A stretch of 19,397 nucleotides of DNA from assembly GCA_046485285.1 (NCBI GenBank), contig JAWOHE010000026.1, positions 1-19,397 of the forward strand, written 5' to 3'. How positions within the stretch are numbered: the first letter of the stretch is position 1; every line of letters begins with the position of its first letter. Shown here piece after piece: positions 6,365 to 14,134 of the stretch. The notes under the pieces were generated by a model. The model worked only from the letters and a program-made list of their open reading frames with translations, made no database searches and was not told the origin of the DNA. Source of the stretch: a bacterium (GTDB taxonomy: Bacteria; Hydrothermota; Tepidihabitantia; Tepidihabitantales; Tepidihabitantaceae). Made by a program: the position numbers and the translations under genes.

Positions 6365-7735
6365 ATGTCGAAGGTTGTCATCCTGGCCGTCCTCGCGCTC
6401 GCCGGTCCGGCCGTTGCCGGGTGGGAGCCGGACATCCGGCTGTCGGTGACCACGGACCCGAGCACGACGCCGCTCAGCGGCCGCGGCATCGCGGCTTCGG
6501 GCGACGGCGTCCACGTCGTCTGGCAGGAGGGCATCGACCCCTGGGACCACGAGTTCCCGGAAATCTACTACGCCCGGTCAACGAACGCGGGCGCGGCGTG
6601 GGAGCCCCAGCACCGGCTCACCGTCGACTCCGCGATTTCGGAGTCGCCCTGCGTCGCCGCGTGCGCGCCGTACGTCCACGTGGCCTGGCACGATTCGCGC
6701 GGGGGCGCGGTGAGCGTCTTCCACAAGCGCTCGAGCGACAACGGCGGCACGTGGTCGGCGGACGAGCCGGTGCCCGAAGCCACCGGGACGAACCCGGTCC
6801 TCTGCGCCGACGAGGATTTCCTGCACCTGGTCCACATCGACTGGCGGAACAGCCGGAGCGACGTCTTCTACCGCCGCTCGACCGACCGCGGGGGCAACTG
6901 GGAGCCCGAACGGCAACTGACCGATACGTCGCAGTCCTACTCGCCCGTCGTCGCCGCGGCCGGGGACCGGGTGTACGTCGCCTGGTATGACTACCGCGAC
7001 GGCAACGCCGAGGTCTACTTCCGGCGGTCGGACGACCGCGGCGGGTCGTGGGGACCGGAGGTCAGGCTGACCAACGACTCGACGGTCTCGCTCGAGCCGG
7101 CCATCGCCGCGTCCGGCCCTGACGTGCACGTCGTCTGGAACGACTACCGCCTCGGCGGCGGGTGGATCCAGCGGATTCTTCATCGCCGCTCGACCGACGG
7201 CGGCGAAACCTGGTCGGACCAGGCCCGGCTGACGCCGGACACGATCGAGTCCTACTACTTCTCACTGGCCGCGTCCGGCCCGGACGTCCACCTCGCGTGG
7301 ATGGGCCACCCGACGTCCAACCGCGAGTCGCACATCTACCACGCGCGGTCCCGCGACCGCGGGCAGACGTGGGGCGGGCACGCGCGGCTCACCGAGAGCG
7401 TTTCCGACTACGCCCTGCGGCCGTCGGTCGCGGTCCTCGGGCCGGGAGTCCACGTCGCGTGGTGCGAGCGGCGCGACACCGTCTCCTACGAGGAGGTCTA
7501 CTACCGGCGCGACCCGGACGGCAACGCGGCGATTGCCGAGCCCGGCGCTGCCGGGGCCGGGAGGCCGCGCCCGACCTTCGTCCGCGCGTCCGCCCGCCTC
7601 GGGGAGCTCGGCCTGCCGGACCGGTCGGCTGTCCATGACGCACAAGGCCGGAGGGTGGCCCTGTCCGCGCCGCTGCGGCCCGGCTGTTACTTCGTGCGCG
7701 GCGCGGGCCGGACCGCGAAGCTCGTCTGCTACTGA
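6365..7735 (+). CDS. Secreted BNR/Asp-box repeat beta-propeller protein (sialidase-like fold) with a degenerate T9SS-type C-terminal sorting domain
   Basis: Signal peptide MSKVVILAVLALAGPAVA; six Asp boxes (RSTNAGAAW, RSSDNGGTW, RSTDRGGNW, RSDDRGGSW, RSTDGGETW, RSRDRGQTW); tail DAQGRRV...LRPGCYFV...KLV. Confidence 0.85.
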   Translation: MSKVVILAVLALAGPAVAGWEPDIRLSVTTDPSTTPLSGRGIAASGDGVHVVWQEGIDPWDHEFPEIYYARSTNAGAAWEPQHRLTVDSAISESPCVAACAPYVHVAWHDSRGGAVSVFHKRSSDNGGTWSADEPVPEATGTNPVLCADEDFLHLVHIDWRNSRSDVFYRRSTDRGGNWEPERQLTDTSQSYSPVVAAAGDRVYVAWYDYRDGNAEVYFRRSDDRGGSWGPEVRLTNDSTVSLEPAIAASGPDVHVVWNDYRLGGGWIQRILHRRSTDGGETWSDQARLTPDTIESYYFSLAASGPDVHLAWMGHPTSNRESHIYHARSRDRGQTWGGHARLTESVSDYALRPSVAVLGPGVHVAWCERRDTVSYEEVYYRRDPDGNAAIAEPGAAGAGRPRPTFVRASARLGELGLPDRSAVHDAQGRRVALSAPLRPGCYFVRGAGRTAKLVCY

Positions 7736-7796
7736 GCGAGGGGTATGATGGAGCAGGCTGGAACCCGAGGGGCGGCCGAGACCCCGCAATCCGATA

Positions 7797-7825
7797 TTGA
7801 CAGGACGCAGGACCGACCGCAGAAT
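7797..7825 (+). promoter_or_regulatory. Promoter TTGACA-17-CAGAAT, 6 nt before the in-frame GTG at 7832
   Basis: Perfect -35 and near-consensus -10. Confidence 0.6.
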
Positions 7826-7831
7826 GTCGCC

Positions 7832-8314
7832 GTGGCGACACAGGAACCAGCCCCACCCGTTTCCCCGCACAACCCGGGGGTCCGGGTCCGCCGGCAAAGG
7901 CGGCGACGCTTCGAGATGCCGACAGCAAGGGAGATTGTCACCTGGGCACCGCGGGTCATCTGTCTCTTCGTTGCCGCCTGGCTGATGCTGTTCGTGATGG
8001 ACGTGTTCGTCGGGAGCCCGGGCTACTTCTTCTCGTCGCACGTCTTCAGCCTGCTCTTCAACGTGCTGCCGGTCGGCATCGTCCTGCTCCTGCTTGCGCT
8101 GTCCTGGCACCGGCCGTCGGTCGGCGCGGTCGCGTATCCGGTCTTCGCGGTGCTGTACTTCCTGTGGATGGTCGGCCGGTTCCGCTGGTCCGCACCGCTG
8201 GTCATCGCCGGCCTGCTTCTCGCGGCCGGCATTCTGTACCTGGTCGACTGGCGGGTGTTCCACCGGCATCGACACCACCGCGGGTCCGGCAATCCCCGGC
8301 CCCTGCCCGGCTAG
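7832..8314 (+). CDS. Small integral membrane protein (about 4 TM), function unknown
   Basis: Four hydrophobic segments following WAPRVICL; start uncertain (7745, 7832 or 7916). Confidence 0.75.
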   Translation: MATQEPAPPVSPHNPGVRVRRQRRRRFEMPTAREIVTWAPRVICLFVAAWLMLFVMDVFVGSPGYFFSSHVFSLLFNVLPVGIVLLLLALSWHRPSVGAVAYPVFAVLYFLWMVGRFRWSAPLVIAGLLLAAGILYLVDWRVFHRHRHHRGSGNPRPLPG

Positions 8315-8435
8315 CGCCGGGCGTCAAGCAGACACCGCACCCCGGCCGCACTTCCCCGGTGACCCGGCTGGTGCCCTGGATGACGGCCTGCGGGGCGGCC
8401 CGGAAGGCGGTCCCGATGGTCACGCCGCGGGCGGC

Positions 8436-8483
8436 TCAGGCCCACCTGCCTGGGCGCGGGCAGGCTTCGAGGCGGGCGCGGTC
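8436..8483 (+). repeat. 48-bp direct repeat, copy 1 (contains a 24-bp hairpin element); partner at 10117-10164
   Basis: 44/48 identical by manual alignment. Confidence 0.85.
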
Positions 8484-8489
8484 GGCCTG

Positions 8490-10004
8490 TCACTCGGGCT
8501 CCGGGGCGGCGTCCGGTTTCTCCACCGGCGCGTCGTCATCCGGCCGGTCGGCCAGCGCGGACAGGATCCGGTGAAGGCTCCTGAAGTCGTCTTCGTTCGC
8601 CAGCACCTGCAGGACGTCGCCGCCCTTGATGGTCGTGCTCCCGTGCGGGATGACGAACCGGCCGCCGCGGGCAATGAGCACGATGAGGCACTTGTCGGGT
8701 ACGCCGAGTTCGGCGAGTGCCTTGCCGACCGCGGCCGACCCCGGGGGGACGATCGTCTCGGTCAGTTCCGCGTCGATGGCCTCGGTCCGCTCGAACTCGA
8801 TCGGCGAGCGGGCGCGGTCGTCAACCGGGGTGTCGAGGTTCAGCCACCGGGCGACAAACGGCAGTGACGTACCCTGGACGAAGACCGAGGCGATGACGAC
8901 GAAGAATACGATGTTGAAGATCGTGTCGGCCTGCGCGACGCCGGCGACGAGCGGGAAGGTCGCGAGGATGATGGGCACCGACCCTCGGAGGCCGACCCAG
9001 GCGGCGAAGGCCTTGCGGCGCCGGTCGATCCTGAACGGGGCCAGGCACAGGAAGACACTGAGCGGCCGGGCGATGAACATCAGCAGGAAGGCGAGGAGCA
9101 GGCCGGCGCCGGCCAGCGGGATGATGCGCCCGGGAAACGCGAGCAGGCCGAGCGTCACGAACATCACGATCTGCATCAGCCAGGCCACGCCGTCGTGGAA
9201 GCGCAGGAGCATCTGCTTGTTGGGGAACGCGGACTGCCCGAGCACGAGCCCGGCCAGGTAGACCGCGAGGATGCCGTTGCCCCGGAGGAGACCCGCGGCC
9301 GCGTAGGTCAGCAGTACCAGGCCGATCATCGTCACCGGGTACAGCCCCTGGTACATCAGCTTCAGGCGCCGGACGATGACCGCCATCAGCCTGCCCATCA
9401 GCAGGCCGACCGCCGCGCCCGCGCCCATGTTCAGCGCCAGCCTCGGCAGGAGCGTGGCGAGGCTCGCCCGCTCGGCCGTCATCAGGCTGAGGAAGCCGAC
9501 GGTCAGGAAGATCGCCATCGGGTCGTTGCTGCCGGACTCGAACTCGAGCAGGGGCCGGAGCGGCGGGACCAGGCAGGTCCGGCGCGACCGAAGGACTCCG
9601 AACACCGCCGCCGCGTCGGTCGAGGAGACGATCGCGCCGAGCAGCATCCCTTCGAGCAGGGAGAGCTGCAGGACGAGGATGGCGAAGAACCCGGTCAGGA
9701 GTGCGGTCAGCAGGACGCCCAGCGTCGAGAGAACGATGCCGGGCAGGACCACCGGCCGGGTGTCCTGCCAGTTGGTGTCGAGCCCGCCGGAGAAGATGAT
9801 GAATACCAACGCGACGATGCCGATGGTTCGTGCCAGCCCGGCGTCGTCGAAGTAGATGCCGCCGACCCGGTCCCAGCTCGCGAGCATGCCGACCGCGAGG
9901 AAGAGCAGGAGCACCGGGACGGCGAACCGCTCGGACAGCTTGCTCGATACGACACTGGCGAGTATCAGTATCGCTATCCAGAGCAGGGCGTTCTCTATCA
10001 GCAT
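8490..10004 (-). CDS. cvrA: Potassium/proton antiporter (CvrA/NhaP2, CPA1 family) with C-terminal TrkA-C domain
   Basis: IIFSGGLDT, SSTDAAAVF, LEFESGSNDPMAI, WVGLRGSVPIILA, VQGTSL; TrkA-C segment VPPGSAAVGKALAEL...IPHGSTTIKGGDVL. Confidence 0.92.
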   Translation of the reverse strand: MLIENALLWIAILILASVVSSKLSERFAVPVLLLFLAVGMLASWDRVGGIYFDDAGLARTIGIVALVFIIFSGGLDTNWQDTRPVVLPGIVLSTLGVLLTALLTGFFAILVLQLSLLEGMLLGAIVSSTDAAAVFGVLRSRRTCLVPPLRPLLEFESGSNDPMAIFLTVGFLSLMTAERASLATLLPRLALNMGAGAAVGLLMGRLMAVIVRRLKLMYQGLYPVTMIGLVLLTYAAAGLLRGNGILAVYLAGLVLGQSAFPNKQMLLRFHDGVAWLMQIVMFVTLGLLAFPGRIIPLAGAGLLLAFLLMFIARPLSVFLCLAPFRIDRRRKAFAAWVGLRGSVPIILATFPLVAGVAQADTIFNIVFFVVIASVFVQGTSLPFVARWLNLDTPVDDRARSPIEFERTEAIDAELTETIVPPGSAAVGKALAELGVPDKCLIVLIARGGRFVIPHGSTTIKGGDVLQVLANEDDFRSLHRILSALADRPDDDAPVEKPDAAPEPE

Positions 10005-10049
10005 TTGCGGGTGTCCGTTCGTCAGCCGTCAGCGCGACGGTACGCGACG

Positions 10050-10078
10050 ACTATAGGCCGGTTCGGCCTCGGAATCAA
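10050..10078 (-). promoter_or_regulatory. Promoter TTGATT-17-TATAGT for the antiporter gene
   Basis: Hexamers at 10078-10073 and 10055-10050. Confidence 0.65.
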
Positions 10079-10090
10079 CCGCGTGGCCGG

Positions 10091-10146
10091 GGTCAGGCCC
10101 GCCTGCCTGGGCGCGGTCAGGCCCGCCTGCCTGGGCGCGGTCAGGC
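10091..10146. repeat. Two tandem 24-bp hairpin elements abutting the stop codon of the AIR-synthase-family gene
   Basis: (GGTCAGGCCCGCCTGCCTGGGCGC)x2 followed by GGTCAGGC. Confidence 0.9.
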
Positions 10147-11205
10147 TTCGAGCCGGGCGTGGTCCTTGAGCGCGGAGTAGAACGCCTGCCAGAACGGGTC
10201 GACGACCGGGTGGACGAGCGGTTTCTCGACCCCGGCCTCGACGAGGACCATCCCCTTCTTCGTGACCGCGCCGACATCCCGGGCCGGGATGCGCTTGCGC
10301 CTGAGCGCGGCGAGGACCGCCGCGGCCTTCGCGGGACGGCAGGTGGCGATGAGCGTGCCCTCGCTGATGGACTTGTAGGGGTCGATGCCGAAAAGGGCGC
10401 AGATTTCCGGGACGCAGGCGAGGACCGGGATGCGCTCCTTCTCGACCCTGACCCCGAAGCCGCCGGCCTGGGCCAGCTCGTAGAGCCCGCCCCAGACCCC
10501 GCACTCGGTCGCGTCGTGCAGCGAGGTTATGCCCTTCGCCCGGACGCCGACGCTGACCGCGGCGAGCGCGTCCTCGACGACCGACATCCGGTAGAAGAGC
10601 TTCTCGGCCCGCTTCGCGAAGGCCGGGCCGAAGCGCCGGGCGAGGGTCTTCGGGAACATCGTCGCGAAGATGCCGGCGGCTTCGACCGCCGGGCCCTTGG
10701 TGACGATGATGCGGTCGCCGGGCCGGGCGAAGCGCGGGGAGACGTATTCGCCGAGACTGCCCTCGGCGATGGCGGTCGCGCCGCCGACCATCGGCCAGTT
10801 GCAGTTGTCGTAGCGGGCGGTGTGGCCGGTGACGATGTTGACCCCGTAGCGGCGGCACTCGCGGTGGATGACCTTCCAGACCGTCTCGAGCTGGGCCTCG
10901 TTGATGCTCATCGGCAGGTTGAGGTCGATGGCGAGCCAGGCCGGTTTGAGGCCGCTGGTGACGACGTCGGAAAGCAGGATGTGGATGGCGAACCAGGCCG
11001 CGCGCTCCCAGCCGTACTCGGGGACGATGAAGACCGGGTCGGTCGTCAGGGCGAGGGCGCGGTTGCCGACCCGGATGATGCCGACGTCGACGCCGTGCAT
11101 CGGGCCGACGAGGACGTTGCGGCTCTTCGCGCCGAGCCGCGGGTAGATGAGCTCCTCGAAGACGCGCTGGGATATCTTGCCGATGTCGGGCAGTTTCTCT
11201 TTCAT
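10141..11205 (-). CDS. AIR synthase-related (PurM/HypE/ThiL superfamily) ATP-binding protein
   Basis: 354 aa from MKEKLPDIGKI; GPMHGVDVG, TTDPV, SDVVTSG, VTGHT, RPGDRIIVTKG, LHDATECGVWGGLYE, ISEGTL; RBS GGAGGT; ATGA overlap with thiN. Confidence 0.88.
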   Translation of the reverse strand: MKEKLPDIGKISQRVFEELIYPRLGAKSRNVLVGPMHGVDVGIIRVGNRALALTTDPVFIVPEYGWERAAWFAIHILLSDVVTSGLKPAWLAIDLNLPMSINEAQLETVWKVIHRECRRYGVNIVTGHTARYDNCNWPMVGGATAIAEGSLGEYVSPRFARPGDRIIVTKGPAVEAAGIFATMFPKTLARRFGPAFAKRAEKLFYRMSVVEDALAAVSVGVRAKGITSLHDATECGVWGGLYELAQAGGFGVRVEKERIPVLACVPEICALFGIDPYKSISEGTLIATCRPAKAAAVLAALRRKRIPARDVGAVTKKGMVLVEAGVEKPLVHPVVDPFWQAFYSALKDHARLEA

Positions 11206-11873
11206 CGTGAACCTCCGGGGTCGGGAACGGGCTGGGACCCGCCTGCCTCGGCGCGGGCAGGCCCGCCTGCCTCGGCGCGGGCAGGCCAGCGGGTGAGGTA
11301 CGCGTCGCCGGCCTCGGCGGACCAGGCGCGGGCGAGCGCGCAGGCCTCGTCGACGACGGTGACCGGGTCCGGGCCGACGAGGAAGCTGAGCGGCTCCTTG
11401 CCGACCGCGGCGGTCTCGCGGAGCAGTTTCGGGACCCGGCCGCCGCAGGCGCGGACGGCCTCCTCGACCTTCCACGGCGTCGAGGGCCGGTCCTCGCGTT
11501 CGAGGTCGCCGGGCTCGCGGGCGCGGTCGATGACCGCGAAGACCCAGCCCCGCGCCTCGGCGTAGGCGGCGAGCCAGCGGTCGAGGCGCGGGTTCGAGGC
11601 GAAGTTGACGCCGGCGCGGACCATCGGGTCGCGCCGGCCGAGCTCGACGACGAGCCGGGCCATGTGGTCGGACGCGCCGGGGGCGGGCGGTCCGGCGGGA
11701 CAGGGCCGGCCGGCGACGACGGTGATGCGGCCCTCGACCGCGATGACGTCGGCGGGTCCGCGCGCGCCGGGGAGCGCCCAGGCGAGGTTCGAGCGCACCT
11801 CGGGAATCAGCCGGGCGAACTCCGGGCAGGCCCGGAGCCGCTCGAGCGCGAGGTTGAACCCAGCGTCCAGCAT
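11202..11873 (-). CDS. thiN: Stand-alone ThiN-family thiamine-phosphate synthase domain protein
   Basis: LIPEVRSNLA, AVEGRI, GASDHMAR, RAGVN, DRAREP, TPW, GKEP motifs; the C-terminus carries the repeat-derived PARAEAGG twice. Confidence 0.82.
   Translation of the reverse strand: MLDAGFNLALERLRACPEFARLIPEVRSNLAWALPGARGPADVIAVEGRITVVAGRPCPAGPPAPGASDHMARLVVELGRRDPMVRAGVNFASNPRLDRWLAAYAEARGWVFAVIDRAREPGDLEREDRPSTPWKVEEAVRACGGRVPKLLRETAAVGKEPLSFLVGPDPVTVVDEACALARAWSAEAGDAYLTRWPARAEAGGPARAEAGGSQPVPDPGGSR
11238..11287. repeat. Two tandem 24-bp hairpin elements, in frame in the thiN 3' end
   Basis: (CCCGCCTGCCTCGGCGCGGGCAGG)x2. Confidence 0.9.
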
Positions 11874-11882
11874 ACCGGTTGA

Positions 11883-11910
11883 ATTGTAGGTGCGACAGGG
11901 GTCGGGTCAA
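11883..11910 (-). promoter_or_regulatory. Promoter TTGACC-16-TACAAT, 9 nt before the thiN ATG
   Basis: Near-consensus hexamers; no Shine-Dalgarno. Confidence 0.7.
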
Positions 11911-11948
11911 CCGTGGACCGGGCGGGTGACCATTTCGGCAGGCAGTGT

Positions 11949-11995
11949 CAGGCGGGAGGCTTCGGTCTCCCGCCTGCCTGGGCGCGGGCAGGCCC
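11949..11995. repeat. Hairpin with a C(TTCG)G loop (11949-11976) overlapping a 24-bp element (11969-11995), between divergent promoters
   Basis: CAGGCGGGAGGC-TTCG-GTCTCCCGCCTG. Confidence 0.7.
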
Positions 11996-12001
11996 GCCGG
12001 C

Positions 12002-12029
12002 TTGACGGCGGGCCGGCGCGCGGTAGTAT
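12002..12029 (+). promoter_or_regulatory. Promoter TTGACG-16-TAGTAT for the FTR/methyltransferase cluster
   Basis: Hexamers at 12002-12007 and 12024-12029. Confidence 0.65.
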
Positions 12030-12036
12030 GGACTCG

Positions 12037-12075
12037 ATGAACCGCGTGCTGACAGCCCTGAGGCGGCGGACTTGA
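12037..12075 (+). CDS. Possible leaderless leader peptide, MNRVLTALRRRT
   Basis: ATG 7 nt after the -10; the stop codon lies in the loop of hairpin GAGGCGGC/GCCGCCTC. Confidence 0.35.
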   Translation: MNRVLTALRRRT

Positions 12076-12140
12076 GCCGCCTCCCACCGGGCGGTCGCCC
12101 GGTCCTGACCCACCCGACCGATTCCCTTCCGACCATCCCG

Positions 12141-12166
12141 CCCGCCTGCCTGGGCGCGGGCAGGCC
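12141..12166. repeat. 24-bp hairpin element in the 5' leader
   Basis: CCCGCCTGCCTGGGCGCGGGCAGGCC. Confidence 0.9.
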
Positions 12167-12296
12167 GCGGGGGCACTGGTGAGCCGTCGCGCACGGGGCG
12201 GTCGCCCCACCAGACCAACGCTGACAACCGCGCCGTCGGGCGCCAATCCGGTCTTCTGGTCGCCGCGCCCCGAGCATTGCTCATCCCCGGAGGAAC

Positions 12297-12626
12297 ATGG
12301 AACTGACTGACAAGGACCGCGCGAACCTGGAACGTGCGCGCCGGGTCGGGCAGAAGCTCGGCTACGTGCTGAACCCGGACACCGAACGCGCGCTCAAGGT
12401 AGCCAACCTGCTCGCCCGCAACTCCGCGGAAGCAGGCAGGTACTACTGCCCGTGCAAGCAGTCGCACCCGCTCGACCCGGCGAATGACGTGCTCTGTCCC
12501 TGCCCGATCCTCAAGGAGGAAATCGCGGCGGACGGGCACTGCTTCTGCCGGCTGTTCTATACTACCGAGGCCGCGGCCTCGGCACGGACCGAGAAGGCCG
12601 AACCAGCAACATCAAAGGAGGCATGA
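12297..12626 (+). CDS. Ferredoxin-thioredoxin reductase catalytic-subunit-like [4Fe-4S] protein
   Basis: LNPD; YYCPCK, LCPCP and HCFCRLF (CPC-CPC-CxC); RBS GGAGG. Confidence 0.9.
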   Translation: MELTDKDRANLERARRVGQKLGYVLNPDTERALKVANLLARNSAEAGRYYCPCKQSHPLDPANDVLCPCPILKEEIAADGHCFCRLFYTTEAAASARTEKAEPATSKEA

Positions 12627-13423
12627 TGCCGCAGAGATACGACTACACCGGCAAGGACGTCCAGGACGTGTACGACGGCCCGGGCGGGCTCCTGTGGGAA
12701 GCGGTGATGTCCGAGCAGATTCACTCGGGCAAGGACGAAGTCACCGACCGGATGGCCGCCGCGGTCGGGCTCAAGCCCGGGATGCACGTGCTCGACGTCT
12801 GCTCGGCGCTCGGCGCGCCCGCACGCCAGCTCGCGAAGAACTACGGGGCCCGGGTCACCGGGCTCGACTTCACGAAGACGATGCTCGAGAAGGCGGTCCA
12901 GCGCACGAAGGAGGCCAAGCTCGACAGCCTCGTTGACTTCGTTAACGCCAACGCGATGGACATGCCGTTCAAGAAGGACACCTTCGACGTCGTCTGGGGC
13001 CAGGAGGCCTGGTGCTACGTCACCAACAAAGACCAGCTGATGTCCGAGGCGGCCCGGGTGCTCAAGCCCGGCGGCAAGCTCATCTTTACCGACTGGGTCA
13101 TCACCGGCAGGGTGGAAGAAGAACTGCTGGCGAAGCTCTACGAGTCGATGGCGTTCCCGTACATGGAAACGCTCGCGGGCTGGGCCGGGCTGATGAAGAA
13201 GCACGGGCTCAAGGTCATCGAGGTCAAGGACCAGGCCGACGAGTACGCGAAATGCTTCGACGAGTACAAGAAGATGGTCGAGGTCGACCTGAAGCCGGCC
13301 ATCGTAAAGAACTTCGGGGAGGAGCTGTTCGGGTTCGCGACCGGGCTGGTCAACCTCTGGCGCGACGCGGCCCACGCCCACAAAGTCGGCCGGGGCTGGT
13401 ACATCGGTGAAAAGCAGGCTTGA
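12626..13423 (+). CDS. Class I SAM-dependent methyltransferase (similar to sarcosine/dimethylglycine or phosphoethanolamine N-methyltransferases)
   Basis: LKPGMHVLDVCSALG, VTGLD, DMPFKKDTFDVVW, RVLKPGGKLIFTD; RBS AAGGAGG; TGATG overlap with the upstream gene. Confidence 0.9.
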   Translation: MPQRYDYTGKDVQDVYDGPGGLLWEAVMSEQIHSGKDEVTDRMAAAVGLKPGMHVLDVCSALGAPARQLAKNYGARVTGLDFTKTMLEKAVQRTKEAKLDSLVDFVNANAMDMPFKKDTFDVVWGQEAWCYVTNKDQLMSEAARVLKPGGKLIFTDWVITGRVEEELLAKLYESMAFPYMETLAGWAGLMKKHGLKVIEVKDQADEYAKCFDEYKKMVEVDLKPAIVKNFGEELFGFATGLVNLWRDAAHAHKVGRGWYIGEKQA

Positions 13424-13461
13424 GGCGGTCGGGCGTCGGACTGGAAATCCGGCGCCCGGCG

Positions 13462-13470
13462 TGCTACCAT
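13462..13470 (+). promoter_or_regulatory. Extended -10 TGCTACCAT, 7 nt before GTG 13478
   Basis: TGnTAnnnT match; weak -35 TGGAAA at 17-bp spacing. Confidence 0.5.
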
Positions 13471-13477
13471 TGCCGCT

Positions 13478-14131
13478 GTGACTGACCGGATGCCGGAGAC
13501 GCCCGAGAGCCTTCTCGCCGCGCTCGCCGAGGCGGTCGTCGCGCTCAAGCCCGACCGGGTGAACGCGCTCGCCCGCCGCGCGCTCGAACTCAAGGTCCCG
13601 CCCCGGCAGGCGATTACCGACGGGCTGGCACGGGGGATGAAGCTCGTCGGGGAGAAGTTCTCGGCCCACGAGTACTTCGTGCCCGAGGTCCTGCTCGCCT
13701 CGAAGGCGATGTACGCCGGGTTCGACATCCTCCGGGCCGAGCTATCCGGCCCGGCCGAGAGCCGGGGCCGTGTCGCGCTCGGGGTCGTGCGCGGCGACAT
13801 CCACGATATCGGCAAGAACATCGTCAAGGTGATGGTCGAGGCGGCCGGGTTCGAGGTCGTTGACCTCGGCCGAAATGTCGCCGACGAGGCGTTCGTCCGC
13901 GCGGCAGAAAGCGGCTGCCGGGTCGTTGGGATGTCGTCGCTGATGACGACGACGATGCCCCGGATGGGCCGCATCATCGCCGCCCTCGACAAGGCCGGGC
14001 TCCGGCCCGGGGTCCGGGCTATCGTCGGCGGCGCACCGGTGACCGACGGCTTCGCCCGCGACATCGGCGCCGACGGGTTTGCTGGTAACGCGCACGCCGC
14101 GGTCGAGCTCATCGGGCGGCTGGCGGGCTGA
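13478..14131 (+). CDS. Corrinoid (B12-binding) methyl-carrier protein, MtaC/MttC-like
   Basis: Cap domain GM..VG..F...EYFVPE; DIHDIGKNIV (DxHxxG); GMSSLMTTT; IVGGAP. Confidence 0.95.
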   Translation: MTDRMPETPESLLAALAEAVVALKPDRVNALARRALELKVPPRQAITDGLARGMKLVGEKFSAHEYFVPEVLLASKAMYAGFDILRAELSGPAESRGRVALGVVRGDIHDIGKNIVKVMVEAAGFEVVDLGRNVADEAFVRAAESGCRVVGMSSLMTTTMPRMGRIIAALDKAGLRPGVRAIVGGAPVTDGFARDIGADGFAGNAHAAVELIGRLAG

Positions 14132-14134
14132 TTG

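Noticed and set aside
6365-7735. True exo-alpha-sialidase
   Set aside because: Asp boxes are present but there is no FRIP/RIP motif; the fold is supported, the activity is not
8314-8435. Gene remnant on the minus strand (MTIGTAFRAAPQAVIQGTSRVTGEVRPG)
   Set aside because: Only a vague hexapeptide-repeat resemblance; too short and without supporting motifs
10091-11287. CRISPR array made of the 24-bp repeats
   Set aside because: Units are dispersed or directly tandem, with no unique spacers and no cas genes
10141-12246. 701-aa fusion ORF
   Set aside because: The upstream half is an alternative frame of thiN and the intergenic region; the real start is ATG 11205 with RBS GGAGGT
11874-12296. 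TPP, SAM-I/IV or cobalamin riboswitch
   Set aside because: No CTGAGA/ACCTG TPP core, and the thiN promoter abuts its ATG; GACAACC...GGCGCCAATCC only loosely mimics SAM P3 and does not pair properly; no B12 box
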